A stretch of DNA of 64,000 nt, taken from NCBI GenBank assembly GCA_028534125.1, contig CM052817.1, positions 100,008,001 through 100,072,000 of the forward strand. Direction: 5' to 3'. The position numbers were made by a program, and so were the translations under genes. This DNA is from Lama glama (taxonomy: Eukaryota). Below, piece by piece: positions 25,681 through 39,400 of this stretch. How positions within the stretch are numbered: the first letter of the stretch is position 1; each line of letters begins with the position of its first letter. Below the pieces are notes generated by a model. The model saw only the letters and a program-made list of their open reading frames with translations. It was not told the DNA's origin and searched no databases.

Positions 25681-26619
25681 CCCTGGTATCTTCCTAAGAG
25701 ATGAGTTAGCAGATGCCTTACTGTCTCGTGGTGGGTTCCTGACAAGTTCTAAAGTTTGATCTGAACAGGACTATATCTACTGGGATCATCGGAAAGGCCC
25801 AGTCAGCTCAAAGGAAAACTTCCAACGTCTGCTGAGCTCTGCCCAATCAAATCTCAACACTTGGGAGGTAACCTTTTTTGAGCACAGAAAACCCTGAACT
25901 GAACATCACCTGCTTTTAAAGATGAAACCACCTTTCACAATTTAGAATTTTAATTTGGAAAAGGAATAAAAGCATGAGTTTCAGTCTCTCCCAGAGAAGA
26001 CCGTATTCCATAGACGTCTGAGAGGGCGCATTTAGCGTCCCGCAGTGCTGCGTGCGCAAGAAGGTTCACCTGCCTGGATTCAAATATAGTATAACACAGT
26101 ATCAAACATTAGCAAAAGGCATTTTAGACAGTGAAGACAAAAATACCTTTTAAACAAATTAAGTTAAATTGCCTCAAGTCCACAAAAGCCTCACCAGTCA
26201 GTTTGCTTCAGTGCATTCTGCAACCCCGAGGGAGGGCCTGCATTCCCTCTTCATGAGACGTTATCAAGCTCAGTTTCCACCCTCGAGAAGTAGAGATTTG
26301 TAACAGCAAAATGAAAAAACTGTACCACTGAGCGTAGTGATATGGTGTGGTTATTTTTTTTTTTCTAAAGCACACTCACACATCAGAAATATAACATCAG
26401 GACAGAAAACTGTTTCTGTAAACAGCAGGGGCCTGAGGGGCTGGTGAGAAAGCATGTAAAGCTGTCTCATTCTGATCCCTGAATACTTTCCAGAACTTAA
26501 CAGGGCTCGACAGAAAAGAAAATAAATAATGTGGCCACATTTTATTCAACATATTTCACAAAGCTTATTCATCCAAAATGCGTGGTGATTTTGTAAAAAT
26601 AAAACCACTTATCATTGTT

Positions 26620-27350
26620 AATAAAAGCACCTGACACTCCATGAGCACGGGCTGTCTGCCAGGGCCTGTGACACGACTCACGTACATGATCACGTTTGTT
26701 CCCTACAATGCCGCTTTCACAACAAAGCCACTCAGACACCCTTCAGGCAACTCACACTTCATGTTTCCAGGGTGGAACTCCAGGTTTTCTCCCCCAGGGC
26801 CATCCCTCCTTCACTCTCCCCACCCAGCGGCCCAGCTGGGATGACTTGGATGCCTTCCTCTCTTCTTTGATTTCTTCCTTTCCCTTTGCAGACACAATTA
26901 TTTAAGGCCTCATTCTGCAAGTGCGGAAAGGGAGGCTCAGGGAAGCCAAACACCTTGCTGGGGTTTCTACAGCTAGAAATGGCAGGACAAGGTTCCAGCC
27001 TGAGTCTGGGACCGCAGTGCCCCCAGCAGACACCGTGCCCACGCTCTGCTCTCCCAGCTCTCAGGGTTGTTATCTCTGGCAGCCGTGACACTGTCGTGCT
27101 GGCACTAGGAAGCCCAGCGACGCAGAACTTAAAGGAAGGGCTTCTTGAGCTAGACACACCTGGGCTCCATTCCCAGCTCGATCACTTCCTGGGAGCCTTG
27201 GGCAAATAGTCCAACCTCTCTAAGCCTGAGTCCTCACCTCTACACAGGCAGTTATACCCATCCCTCATGAACATCATCAAGTTTAAAGGAGATGACAGAT
27301 TAATTTAAAAAAAAATTTTAGTGAGCTTATGACCACATGCTCAGTGTTCA
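26620..27350. mobile_element. Two MIR fragments in opposite orientation; the first is split by about 190 bp of other sequence
   Basis: Minus-type ...ctcattctgcaagtgcggaaagggaggctcagggaagcc (26905-27020) and plus-type acacctgggctccattcccagctc...ccttgggcaaatagtccaacctctctaagcctgag (27155-27350). Confidence 0.6.
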
Positions 27351-28420
27351 CAATGGCAGATATTATGACCTTTGAAACATTTCATGTATCTCCTTGGTAC
27401 ACATTCGAACTAAAAGGCTGCTTGGAGGGTCTCAAAGGGGGCAAACGTCCACCGGGAAGGAACCCAGGCTGAGCTAGTCACTGCTCACTAGCAAAACTAT
27501 CAGGAACTCACTGAATCACAACCCCTGGCACTTTAAGCATCATTCCAAAAGCAGGCTGGGGGTCCCCAGGTGCTCTCCAGGGCGCGCCCGGGTCCCAGAA
27601 TGCAGTCTCCACTGCCGTCGCGGTGGCCCTACAGTGGGGGAACAGAAGGATGGGCAAGGGGTCTGGGCTGATAAAATGCTGATGGCACAGAAAGCTGGAC
27701 CCCCGTGGACTCTAGGCAGACCCTTGCTTCCCAGCACTTCGGAACAACTGGAGCCACGCGGCTGCCGTGCTGGGGGCCAAGCTGCTGGGTCTGGATTGAA
27801 AAGCAACAGAGAGTGTCCAACAAACAAGACTGAATGAACCCGCTCAGCTGCCACTGACTGGTGAGTTCTAGCCACTGTGGTTTATCTCATGGCAAGGACC
27901 CAGGTGGGGCTAGTTCTCAGCTAATGGTGGCCTGTTAATTATTCCATAGGTTCGGTGGGAATCAGTTATTCTGAGGAAGAATGGAATAACTTTTCTAAAG
28001 CAACAGAGACTCAACACTTAGTGCACATGCAGATAACCATCCAACCTGTGGGTAAAAAAGCCCCGCGAGCCAGAAACTTAAGCTGGAGCGTTCTCCTCCT
28101 CTAAAACAGAGCCTCGTTTCTACAAAGCAAACTTGCAGGCCACTAACCTTTACGCCACTCAAATGCACATGGCTGTTTTTTCAACCTTCAGCTTAAAGAA
28201 GATAGCAAACAAGCAAGTTCTGTCTCCAGGTTCAACCTGCACCAGGACTCTGATGTTACAATCTGTTGCCTGTACGACGTCCTGTGTGACAACTGTGGTA
28301 TGATAAATTCCAAAGTCCCTTTGCAAATGTGACAAAATGGTTGGTAAATAGTATCATAAACTGACAGGGAGCTGACTCATCACCATCAATGGTATTTGCT
28401 GGGAACCCCACGACCACCTG

Positions 28421-28885
28421 GAACGGTTAATTTTATGTGTCAACTTGACTGGGCCAAGGGGTGCCCTGATATTTGGTTGGATGTTATTCTGGGTGTGTCT
28501 GTGAGGGATTAACATTTGAATACACAGATTGAGCAAAGCAGGCTGCTTTCTCATTATAAGTGAGCCTCATTCAATCCACTGAAAATCTGAACAGGGCAAA
28601 AGGTGAAATGGGGGGAATTCGCTGTCTCAGCCCCACTGCCTCCGATCTGTCTTCTTCGGCGCTGGGCTCTGGCTCAGCCTGGAATCTACATCCTCTCCTG
28701 GTTCTCAGATCCTCAGACTCAGGCTGGAACTATACATTTGACCCTTCTGCAGCTTGCTGACTGCAGACCTTAGGATTTCTCAGGCTCCACAATCACATGA
28801 GCCAATTCCTTATAATCAGTCTCTTTACATCTGACACACACACGTACACACACAGTCTGTTCTGTTTCTCTGGAAGACCCCGTGT
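28421..28885 (+). mobile_element. ERVL solo LTR, MLT2-like
   Basis: Starts ggttaattttatgtgtcaacttgactgggccaaggggtgccc; ends cacatgagccaattccttataatc...ttctgtttctctggaagaccc, both typical of MLT2. Confidence 0.85.
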
Positions 28886-29761
28886 CCTGAGCTATGGCTT
28901 AACAACTGTAGATGAGGAATCTGGACCCTTTTTCCACTCTGTCAGGAGTGCTCTGCAAGTGGTAGTTTTTTTTAAAAGCCCCTCCCTGGGAACAGAAAAT
29001 ATGGGAAAACCACGGGAGAGATGAGCATTCAGGGACGTAAGGGCCGGCAAAGCTGTGCTAGGAAGGGGCCGTGAAGAAACTGAGTCTGACTAAAACTTGT
29101 CATCTTTATATCCGATCTGTAAACACGTCAAATATTAGTTTGCTTGGTCCCAAGTTTGCACCTTGTTTCTTTTGTTTATTTTCATTCCCTATTACATTTC
29201 TACTGAACTTAAGACTTTTATCTCACAGTTCATGTTTTGTGAAGTCATAACCTTGGTTTGCAGACGAAATAATTTGGCTTCAGCTGTACCTGGATGAAAA
29301 GTCTATATATGAAGGAAAAGAAAGAGACCCAAAGGAAAAGGACCAGCTAGCAACTAAGCACTGCCCGCACAGAACTCACGAACTGACAGCTTCTCTGGGT
29401 AAACACTGTGCCTCCTCTCTGAGGACCACGAAGCTGCTCAAACACATTGTTTTATTAATTCTCACAACATTCTGATGCAAAAAGCCAGGAGATAGCCTCT
29501 AGTCTCTCAACGCCTAATCTCACAGTCTTGGGCTTGGCGCCTCAGCACTGCCGCTGCTGGTGTGTTTAGTTGTGGTTGGGAGTTCAGAGAAGAATCCAAG
29601 GAAACTCTGAAGGGAAAAAAAGAAAAGCCCCTGAGGGAGAAAAGGCTGAGAAAAGGATGCAAATCACCCGATGGGGGAACCAGATTCCAGGGAGAAGAGC
29701 TCCTGGGAGCAGAAAGGGTGAAGGGAGGGGTGGAGGGGGGCCGCGCCCCTGGGGCTTCTAC

Positions 29762-29884
29762 CTGCCATGATGGCCCGACTGGTCCCCAGGGCTTGAAGAA
29801 TCAGCTGCAGCTCCCTGACGGCCGCGGCCGCCTCTTCTCCACAGGACATGTCGGGCTCCAGGACCACTTCCAGCAGGCCGACCC
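29762..29884 (-). CDS. GATB: GATB coding exon (exon 5 equivalent), 123 nt: (G)[40 protein letters not shown](E)
   Basis: Overlaps ORF 29664..29867(-); branch-like CTGAC and acceptor ctctccctggcag ending at 29885; donor GTAGAA starts at 29761. Confidence 0.96.
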
Positions 29885-30298
29885 CTGCCAGGGAGAGGCA
29901 GAGTCAGCCTGACTGGAGCCTCCCATCTGAGCCACACATCAATCAGGCTGACAACCCTGCGTCACTGACGGGCTCTCAAAGTGGCTTCCAGCCTCTCAGT
30001 CGTTTCTGCCTTCACCTGTGGGTCTTTAAATTTGGGTCTTTTCTTTTCCTGTCTGCTTCAGCTATCAAGCTGCTGGGTCTGTGACAAGGCGGCTCTGTTA
30101 GGCTCACCTGAGGGCTGAGTTATCAGCGAGCCCACAGCAGCCACAGCTGAAGCCGTGCTCTTGAACTGGCTATTGCCAGCACTGGGACCCTCATCTCCAC
30201 CTGTCAGGCTCCCTAGGCCTGTTTCCTCAATTGGCTTGGGAAAATCTTGAGGGGAGGAGAGGAGGCAGGAAGGGAAATGGAAAACTCTGCACGCCTAC

Positions 30299-30497
30299 CT
30301 GCCCTATTCAAATCCACGAGCGTCTGGGACCGCAGGTCATCGTGGAGACTCTTGCCGCTGTCTTGCTCCAGCTGGATCTGCCGGACCCTCACTGTCCTGG
30401 CGACCGCCTGACCCCGCTTCTTCCCCACGCAGACGCTGTATGCCAAGCTCCCGTCCACAGCGATGGGGAGCCTCTGCTGGGTGATCTGGTAGCCCGC
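30299..30497 (-). CDS. GATB: GATB coding exon (exon 4 equivalent), 199 nt: [66 protein letters not shown](G)
   Basis: Within ORF 30213..30518(-); acceptor AG ends at 30498, donor GTAGGC starts at 30298; [13 protein letters not shown] and DLNRAG motifs. Confidence 0.97.
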
Positions 30498-31330
30498 CTG
30501 CACGCGAACACGGGTCACAGGGTCAAGAGTCAGTAAAGAAAAGCTGTGGACCAGTTTACCATTCCTCTCATTGTCACAAAACTCTAGGCTTACTTAAAAA
30601 GGCAACACAGCAAGAAAAAGAGGAAAAAGGAAAAGAAGAAGGAAAATTAATTGATGTGCTGGGGTCATACCTTAGCCTGGCCTCTTCCCTACCTAGCCCC
30701 ATTTTGGGGAATAACAGTAATATCACTCTCTAGAAAGTACCATATTGCTTCCACGTAGCTCATTAGCTACGCCCTGCATCTGATTCCTGGGCTCCTGACA
30801 GGCCCCCCTCACTGGGAACTGCTGGCTTAGCATCTCCCATCTCCTCTCAGGACAGCCGACAGCAGTGGCTCGTGCTGGGTAGCTTGTTTTGCTCCTGCTC
30901 TTTAGCTAACCAGTCACGTCAGCTGCCCTCCCTGACCCCACTTCGCTTGTTCCTCTAGCCAGAAAATGCGGTGACACTCACACTCGGCTAACAGAAAACA
31001 CGGAGTACTAAAATACTGATGGATGGTGCAAGGACTCCCTCACCACCCTCTAAATGGAGGAAGAGTGACTTTCAAAGGCACACGTGCACCAGTACGCACT
31101 GAAGAGAGGGTGGGTCAGAGTGGAGAACAGGAGGAGAGCAGACACACGGCGTCCCCATACACTGTTCTCAGTGCTTCATGCCGTCTAACCCTCACGACAA
31201 CCCTAGGAGAGAGGTGCAAGGCACGGAGGGGTTAAGAGCCCTTGCCCAAAGCCACGGAGCTTTTAAGTACTAATGTCAGGGCTTGAACTCAGCTGGTCTG
31301 GCTCCAGGGTCCGGGCTCCTGGCCACTCAG

Positions 31331-31520
31331 CAGGTATTGTTCAAACGTGAACGGCATTGCAATCACCTGGCCGGATGGTCAGACCACAGACCATCTGGCC
31401 CCACCTGAAGAGCCTCCAGTTCTGCAGGTCTGGGGAGGCGCCCAGGAGTGTCTGTTTCTCCCGCAGTCCTAGGAGATGCTGATGCTCGTGGCCTGCGGCA
31501 CACACTCTGAGAACCAACGC
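31331..31520 (+). mobile_element. MER5A-like hAT-Charlie MITE
   Basis: aatcacctgg...ggccccacc...aggtctggggaggcgcccagg...gatgctgatgct...cacactctgagaacca; about 190 bp. Confidence 0.8.
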
Positions 31521-31584
31521 ATTCTGCCACCTTACTCTCAGGGCTGAGACAGGAAGTCTCAATTTGTAAAAATTAAAGTGTGGG

Positions 31585-31710
31585 GACAGTTGCCAAATAA
31601 AATACAGATGCTCAGTCAAACTAGAATAATTTGAGTAAATTGTTTACTTAGATAAAAACGGGTACTTTTTTAGTATAAGTGTGTCCCATGTGCTATTTGG
31701 CGACACTAAC
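31585..31710. mobile_element. MER53-like hAT MITE, about one arm
   Basis: gttgccaaataaaatacagatgctcagtcaaa...agataaaaacgggtacttttttagtataagtgtgtccca resembles one half of the palindromic MER53. Confidence 0.65.
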
Positions 31711-32761
31711 TGCAGAGGATCTGAGCTGCCTGGGCCAGAGAGACCAGGACGCAGGAATCATCAGGACATCTCACTCTAGTCTCACACTGCTAAGTCTCCC
31801 ACCTTAACCAAACTGCTCATCACTCTCAAAAGGTGAAAAAAATGCAGTTGAATTCTCTCCACCCTCCCAAGCAGGAGAATTTGCTAAAAGGCTGGCAGCC
31901 CGGGGGAAAAAGCAGCAGCAACTGGAGGGAACTCAGGCTCTCAGTGTATTTTGTGTTGAATTCCACATCTGCCCTCACCCCCTGAAAACAGCTCACCCCT
32001 GTCTTCAGTTCAAGGAGAATCACATGGAGAAACAGTATCACTACTGTGTTCCTACATCTGAAGAAGGGCCACGCTTGCCATCAGAGGCTCAGAATGCATG
32101 AAACATTATTTTGGGAAACCCACTCAACATTACAGTTTTGGTTCAGTTCAGTATTATGAAAAATTGGCTCTAGTTCACACTGGCTTCTCTTAAAGGAGAA
32201 AACTTTCTAGTGTTAAGGAAAGAGTGGGTTAATACAGGGTTCGCTGCTCGGCCAATTACTGTTGTTTGCCCAGGCTTCTGGTTCGTGTTTCTGCTCACTC
32301 TTGTCCACTTACATGGTCCCTGGGAGATGACAGGAGTATCTCCAAAGGAGACAGTCCTATTACTGGGAGCTGCCACTTAAAAGGAAGGCCGCTCTCGCTG
32401 TCTCCAGAGCCACCGATGCACTGACCCCTGCATCAGCCACAGAGGCAGCTTCTGCCCTAACAGGCAATTAGCACCACACGCCACGGCAGGGCTGAGCCTG
32501 GGAACGTGGGTGGCTCCTACTCCCCGTTCAATTACGAGCCAGCCACCAGAAGCATGAGGCTGGGCCAGGAGTCGGCAATCAGGACCACGGCATCCAATCT
32601 AGGAAACGTCAGGGGGCACGGGCTTCATCAGGGCCGGGCAGAGTCCCCCGCCGGGTGGGCTGGATGGAACTCTAGCTGAAGACACGAGCACACGGCCCTC
32701 CTCTGGCTGCAAACCCCCGGCTCCGAGGACCTGCCACGGGCGGACGGCAGAGCGTACTTAC

Positions 32762-32875
32762 CGGGAGGTCTGCGTAGAAGTAGTGCTTCCTGTCAAACAA
32801 GGACTTCTTGTTTATGCGGCAGTCCAGGGCCAGGCCGGTCATCACGGCTGCTTCCACGCACCTCCTGTTGAGCAC
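32762..32875 (-). CDS. GATB: GATB coding exon (exon 3 equivalent), 114 nt: [38 protein letters not shown]
   Basis: Within ORF 32672..33061(-); acceptor ctctgtccccacag ends at 32876, donor GTAAGT starts at 32761; FDRKxYFYxDLP GatB hallmark. Confidence 0.97.
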
Positions 32876-35379
32876 CTGTGGGGACAGAGCCTCAGCCTGA
32901 ACACATGCGCCTCCCACCCTCGGGTATCTCCCTGAATAGTCAATCTGGCCCTCCGACAGGCGTTCTCTCTGGTTGTGTGGGCAGCTCCAGCTCACAAGCC
33001 GACTCAGTGTGTCTAGAATTGGGGAAGGTTTATTTAAAAAAGAAGATGCATAAGGCACCACATCTCACTGGGCACTTAATGAACCCCCCCAATCAGGGGT
33101 CCTTTCCTCCGATACCCAACATCAGTGTTAACAGGGAAGGTCCCAAAATAGCTCATCAGAGTGGTTATTATACAGAATAAACTTAATCTCACTCCCTCCC
33201 CAAGCAGCACGAGGAGCCGGTCAGAACCCACGAGAGGCAATGATCCTGAGAGGAGGATCCGAGAAGCAGCTCTCCAAACAACCTCGGGGAGCTTGGGAAA
33301 TGCTGTGACAGAGAAAAGATGAACTTCTGGAAACTACAGGGCTGCAGCCACCTCCTCAAGGGTGGGGAAATGCCCCACACCTGCCTCCTGCTTTCAGTCC
33401 AGGCCTGGCCGGCTCCCTAAAAGTGGGAGCTGGGTGTGCCCCACCCCAGGCTCTCCCTACACTGCTGGTCCCCCCAGGGGCTCCCAGGGCTCAGGAGTTC
33501 CTTCTGATGCCCCACCCCGCTTTCAGAAGCAAATGACCAAGAAAGGGCTAGCAAACTTTCTAGTCCCAAAGGATGTAAAAAGCTTTTAAGAACTTTGGGT
33601 GGGTGGGAGATTGGAATAAGACAGGCAACTAGATATAAGGAAAAAGAGCATTAAATTCTGGGGTCACACAGGTCCAAACCCCACTTCTGCCATGTACATG
33701 GACAGCTGTGGGACTGGAAGCCTCCGTTTCCACAACTTTGAGCAGGGATTTAATATCCACTTTGCAGAGTGGATAAAGTAACAGCTAGAATCTATAGCAG
33801 GGATGCAGTAAATAGTTTATTTTCCCCACTCTGCTTTGGGGAAAGTTTTGAGGACATCGTGCTTGCTGATGAAACAGATTTCTATTTTTTATTAGAATAT
33901 TTATGATGTTCTTTAGTATATTTAGTATGTTATTATCTATATAGGGCTTTCCAATTACGCTTTTTCACAACCACCATTTCATTTCAGCCGCACAGCAACC
34001 CTGTAAAAAAGGAATTTGTATCATTCCAATATGTCAGAAAAAGAGAGAACTAAGACCCAGAGGGACGAAGAGACCACACCTCAGAGCAGGCAAACGATGA
34101 AACCAGCTTGAAAGTCCAAACGTGCCCTCGTCCAGAGGGTGACAAACAGATTCCCTGTGGTTCAGGGACTGGCCCTCCAGGCATCTGGACACAGGTGTGA
34201 CTTGCTGATCAAACAGGCAGATTTTAAAAACAAATCTGTACGAGAAAATGTAAGCGGCACCTCTACTTACTGCAACATACAACCCCTGAAAGAAAGTGCC
34301 AACAGCAGATCTCCCTCCTAATAACAGCATCACATGCCTGGCTCTGGAAGCCAGGTTACAAGACGGAGCCACCTCACAGCTTCTATTTGGAGCTCTGCAT
34401 TCTGGGCCAGATAATATTGTCAGCTCGGCAGTCATAACGGTTTTCATGAAAAGATGTGTGTACGGGGGGCGGGGGGAAAAGGATGCCCTGATTATCGATG
34501 TTTTCACTTGCTAATGTTTGACATTTTACTGAACAGTTGTTACTGCAAATCCAAATAAAGCTGGTGGGGAATACTGCCAAATCCAAGATGGATGATCCGA
34601 GCTGGATCAACGTGCACCTGAAGGCGAAGCTGGTGTCTGGGCCCGAGCCCCGCGCCCCCTGGGCTGGGCCACTTGTAAACTGGCCGACTTGCTGTCTGTC
34701 CAGTTTCTGCCTCAGCACTTGATTGAACTGTTTTCTAACCACCTCTTCCTCTCTCATCTCTGTCTAGTCTGCCCTTTTGGGGTCCACCTGCTTCCTCCAA
34801 CTAAACATGAAGAGAATCCAGGTCTGTTTTGCTTATTTCTGAGTGCACTTTGCTAATAATCGCCCTGTGCCTGGTGCTGTGAGGGAGTGAAGAGCTGTGA
34901 GCGGTCACAGGCTCTCCCTGCACCTGCATGCACACGAGGGCTCGGGCACTCGATAAACCATCAATTTCCAAAGAATAAGAATGCAGTGAAACACACAAAC
35001 ATTACAGCAATATTGAATACACTTTAATCTTTTTTTGATGATTTAGAAGGCTTGGAGTACTTCAGGGCCAGAATTATAAGCATCCATCATCACCACACCA
35101 CAGTTGCACAGAGGGGCTAGTAAATAGAGTTCCAGTTAAAAGAATGCCAAGAAAAAATAATTTATTAGGATCCTAGTTGAGCTGCTTATGACAGATGGAG
35201 GGCCAGGTCAGCATGTTCTGGGGAGAGGATGCAGAATTGGAAAATTCAACTTCGGCTATCTTTATTCCAGAAAGTGTCTTAAATGTCTATAAAGTCAGGG
35301 CTTTAGGATGCAGAGGGCTCTGTTGCTGGTCTCTGTAAATGTGTGGTGGGGACAAGGAACTGCTGGCCTGACTTACATC

Positions 35380-35870
35380 CTTTTCAAGTTCATTTTCCGC
35401 ATGAGGAAGATCTTGTTAAAAACGCAAGTCTTACAGCATTCTGTTGCCTCAAATCATTCAACGCCACCCACCCCCTGTCCACATGATAAAGGCGAAGCTC
35501 TTACACGACCTAGCATCTGCCTCCATCTTCAGTTCCATCTCTCATCACCCCCAACATCCTCCGACACAGGGTCTGGTCCTCCTGTACAAACCAGGCTGAC
35601 TGCTAACTTCCCCTGTTCTTGGCCATTCACCCTCCACTGAGATGTCACCAAACCTGTGCAACTTTCCTTACCATTCTCCCTAGGCACCTCTCTGACCTTC
35701 TCCACACTGCCACTTGCGCTCATATCACGGTGGATTAGATGTGTTTACATACATTTCCACAAGACTAAGTTTCATGAGAATGGGAACTGTCTGTTCACCG
35801 TTGGATCTCCGGAGCCTCAGACAAACTAAAAGGCAGTGCTGCTCAATCAATCAGTGATGAACGCAAGTGA
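35380..35870 (+). mobile_element. LINE-2 3' end, degenerate
   Basis: gactaagtttcatgagaatgggaactgtctgttcaccgttggatctcc...gctcaatcaatcagtgatgaa. Confidence 0.55.
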
Positions 35871-36229
35871 GGAGGGAGGTGATGGATATCAAGGGAGAGT
35901 CTCAGAGAGGCGGTGATGCCTGAAGGTGTTACCTGCCACCTGCTGGCCTCCAAACTCATTTCCAGAAGTGCCCTGAAGTGACTACCAATCACGTAAGATA
36001 TGATCAAAGAGATAACTCAAAAACTTGAAAGTCTAACTTGTCCTGAAGAAGCATGTTCTGGAATTTTCTTTGCAATTAACATAAAGTGACTACAAAAGAT
36101 CTCAGGGTTAACCACAGCAGCTTTCATGCGGAAGGAAAGCAATGCTCCTTGGAACTCACAAAAGCAGAACTCTCTCAACTGAGCCTTGGGATACCTCACT
36201 CTGGCTTCAGGAACCATGAAGAGAAAGTA

Positions 36230-36420
36230 CTGTGTATCGCGCTGTGTCAGGGGATGTGTGACGCACATCACACACATGTGCCATTTAACCCCCTCAGTGA
36301 TCCTAGCGTGGATACTACTGTGATCCTCAGAGAGATTAAGTAACTTGGCCAAAATGACACATACAGTAAGTGACAGAGCCAAGAAGTCTGACCCCCAGAA
36401 CCCGGGCTCTCAACTATATT
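36230..36420 (-). mobile_element. MIR SINE
   Basis: ctcagagagattaagtaacttggccaaaatgacacatacagtaagtgacagagcc MIR core. Confidence 0.7.
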
Positions 36421-36478
36421 CTTATCTTAAACCTTCAAAGAGTAAAATGCATGAGTGTTAGCTATAAAGATTACTAAC

Positions 36479-39400
36479 TCTGATTAGCTGATTTTTCAGC
36501 AGACACTCTGCAGGCCAGAAGCGAGCGGCATGATATATTTAAAGTGACGAAAGAGAAAAACCTACAACCGAGAATACTCTACCCAGCAAGGCTCTCACTC
36601 AGATTTGTTGGAGAAATCAAAAGCTTCACAGATAAGCAAAAGCTGAAAGAATTCAGTACCCCCAAGCCAGCTTTAAAACAAAAGCTAAAGGAGCTTCTCT
36701 AGGTGGAAAAGTAAAGGCCACAGATATAAGCAAGAGAATTACAAAAAGGGAAACCTCAACAGTAAAGGCAAACATATAGTAAGGGTGGGAAATCATCCAC
36801 ACACAAACTAATACGGAGGTTCAAAGACAAAAGTAGTAAAGATCATTTGTATCCACAATAAGCAGTTAAACGATATACAAAACAACTAGATGCAAAAAAT
36901 GGTATCAAAACCAGTAATCCTGAGGGGAGGAAAGTACGAGTGCAGGGCATCTAAAATGCATTTGAAATTAAGAGATCAGCCACTTAAAACAATCATATAT
37001 ATACACAGGCTTCTACACCAAAACCTCATGGTAACTGCAAACCAAAAATCTATAATAGACATACATACGAAAAAGAAAGAGGAATCCAAATGTAATGCTA
37101 TAGTCATCAAATCACAAGAGAACAAAAAGAAGAAAGGGGAAAAAAAGACTTACAAAAATAAATCCAAAACAACAAAACAGCAATAAAAACATACGTATCA
37201 ATAATTACCTTAACTGTAAATGGATTAAATGCTCCAACCAAAAGACACAGACTGGCTGAATGGATACAAAAACAAGACCCATGAACATGCTGCCTACAAG
37301 AGACCCACTTTAGAGCTAGAGGCTGAAAGTGAGGCGATGGAAAAAGTTATTCTATACAAATGGAAACCAAAAGAAAGCTGGAGTAGAAATGCTTATATCA
37401 GACAAAAGACTTTAAAATAAAGAGTGTTACAAGAGACAAAGAAGGACATTACATAATGCTCAAGGGATCAATCCAAGAAGAAGATGTAACAACTGTAAAT
37501 GTACATGCACCCAACACAGGAGCACCTCAATATATAAGGCAACTGTTAACAGACATAAAAGGAGAAATCAACAGTAACACAATAATAGTGGGGGACCTAA
37601 ACACCCCACTTACACCAATGGACAGATCACCAAGACAGAAAATCAATAAGGAAACATAGGCCTTAAATGACACATTAGACCAGATGGACTTAACTGATAT
37701 TTATAGAGCATTCCATCCAAAAGCAGCAGAATACACATTCTCCTCAAGTGCACGTGGAACATTCTTCGGGATAAATCACATGCTGGCCCACAAGGCAAGG
37801 CAAGCCTCAGTAAATTTAAGAAAATTGAAATCATATCAAGCATCTTTTCTGACCACAACACTATGAGGTTAGAAATCAACTACAAGAAAAAAACTGCAAA
37901 ACCCACAAACACACGGAGGCCAACCAATACGCTAGTGAACAACCAGTGGATTACTGAAGAAACCAAAGAGGAAATAAAAAAAATACTTACAGAAAAATGA
38001 AAATGAAAACACAATGATCCAAAACCTCTGGGACATAGCAAAAATCGTTCTGAGAGGGAAGTTTACAGCAATACAAGCTTATCTCAGGAAACAAGAACAA
38101 TCTCAAATAAACAACCTAGCCTGACACCTAAAACAATTAAAGAAAGAACAAAAACCCAAAGTTAGTCGAAGGGAAGAAATCATAAAGATTAGAGCAGAGA
38201 TAAGTGAAATAGAGACTAAAAAACAATTGAGAAGATTGATTAAACTAAAAGCTGGTTCTTTGAAAAGATAAGCAAAATCATCAAAAAAAAAGCAGGGGGC
38301 GGGGAGAGGGTCTCAAATTAATAAAATCAGAAATGGAAAAGGAGAAGTTACAATCAACACCACAAAAATACAAGGGATCATAAGAGGCTACCATGAGCAA
38401 CTATATATTAACAAAAAGGACAACCTAGGAGAAATGGACAATTTCTTAGAAAGGTACAATTTGTTAAGACTGAACCAGGAAGAAATAGAAAATATGAATA
38501 GACCAATTACCAATAATGAAATTGAATCAGTAATTTAAAAACTCCCAACAAACCAAAGTCCAGAACCAGATGGCTTCACAGGCAAATTCTACCAACAATT
38601 TGGAGAGTAGTTACCTATCCTTCTGAAATTATTCCAAAACATTGCAGGAGGAACACTTCTGAACTCATTCTATGAGGCCACCATCACCCTGATACCAAAA
38701 CCAGACAAAGATATCACAAAGAAAGAAAATGACAGGCCAATATCACTTATGAACATAGATGCAAAAATTCTCAACAAAATACTAGCAAATCGACTCCAAC
38801 AATGCATTAAAAGGATCATACACCATGATCAAGTGGGATTTATCCCAGGGATGCAAGGATTTTTCAATATCTGCAAATCAGTCAACATGATATATACCAC
38901 ATTAACAACTTGAGGAATAAAAGCTGTATGACCATCTCAATAGATGCAGAAGAAGCTTTTCATAAAATTCAACATCCATTTATGATTAAAAACTCTCTAA
39001 AAAGTGGGCAGAGAACATACCTCAACATAATAAAGGTCATATATGACAAACCCACAGCTAACATCATACTCAATGGTGAAAAGCTGGAAGCATCTCCTCT
39101 AAGATCAGGAACAAGACAAGGATGCACATTCTCACCATTCTTATTCAACATAGTTTTGGAAGTCCTAGCCACGGCAATTAGAGAAGAAAAAGAAATAAAA
39201 GGAATCCAAATTGGAAAAGAAGAAGTAAATCTGTCACTGTTTGCAGATGACATGATATTATACATAGATAATCCTAAAGACACTACCAGAAAACTACCAG
39301 AGCTCATCAATGAATTCTGTAAAGTTGCAGTATACAAAATTAATACACAGAAATTAGTTGCATTTCTGTACACTAACAAAGAAACATCAGAAAAAGAAAT

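Noticed and set aside
30231..30536. Plus-strand ORFs over exons 4, 5 and 9 (also 29562..29912 and 16650..16856)
   Set aside because: Antisense shadows of GC3-rich GATB codons; no independent coding evidence.
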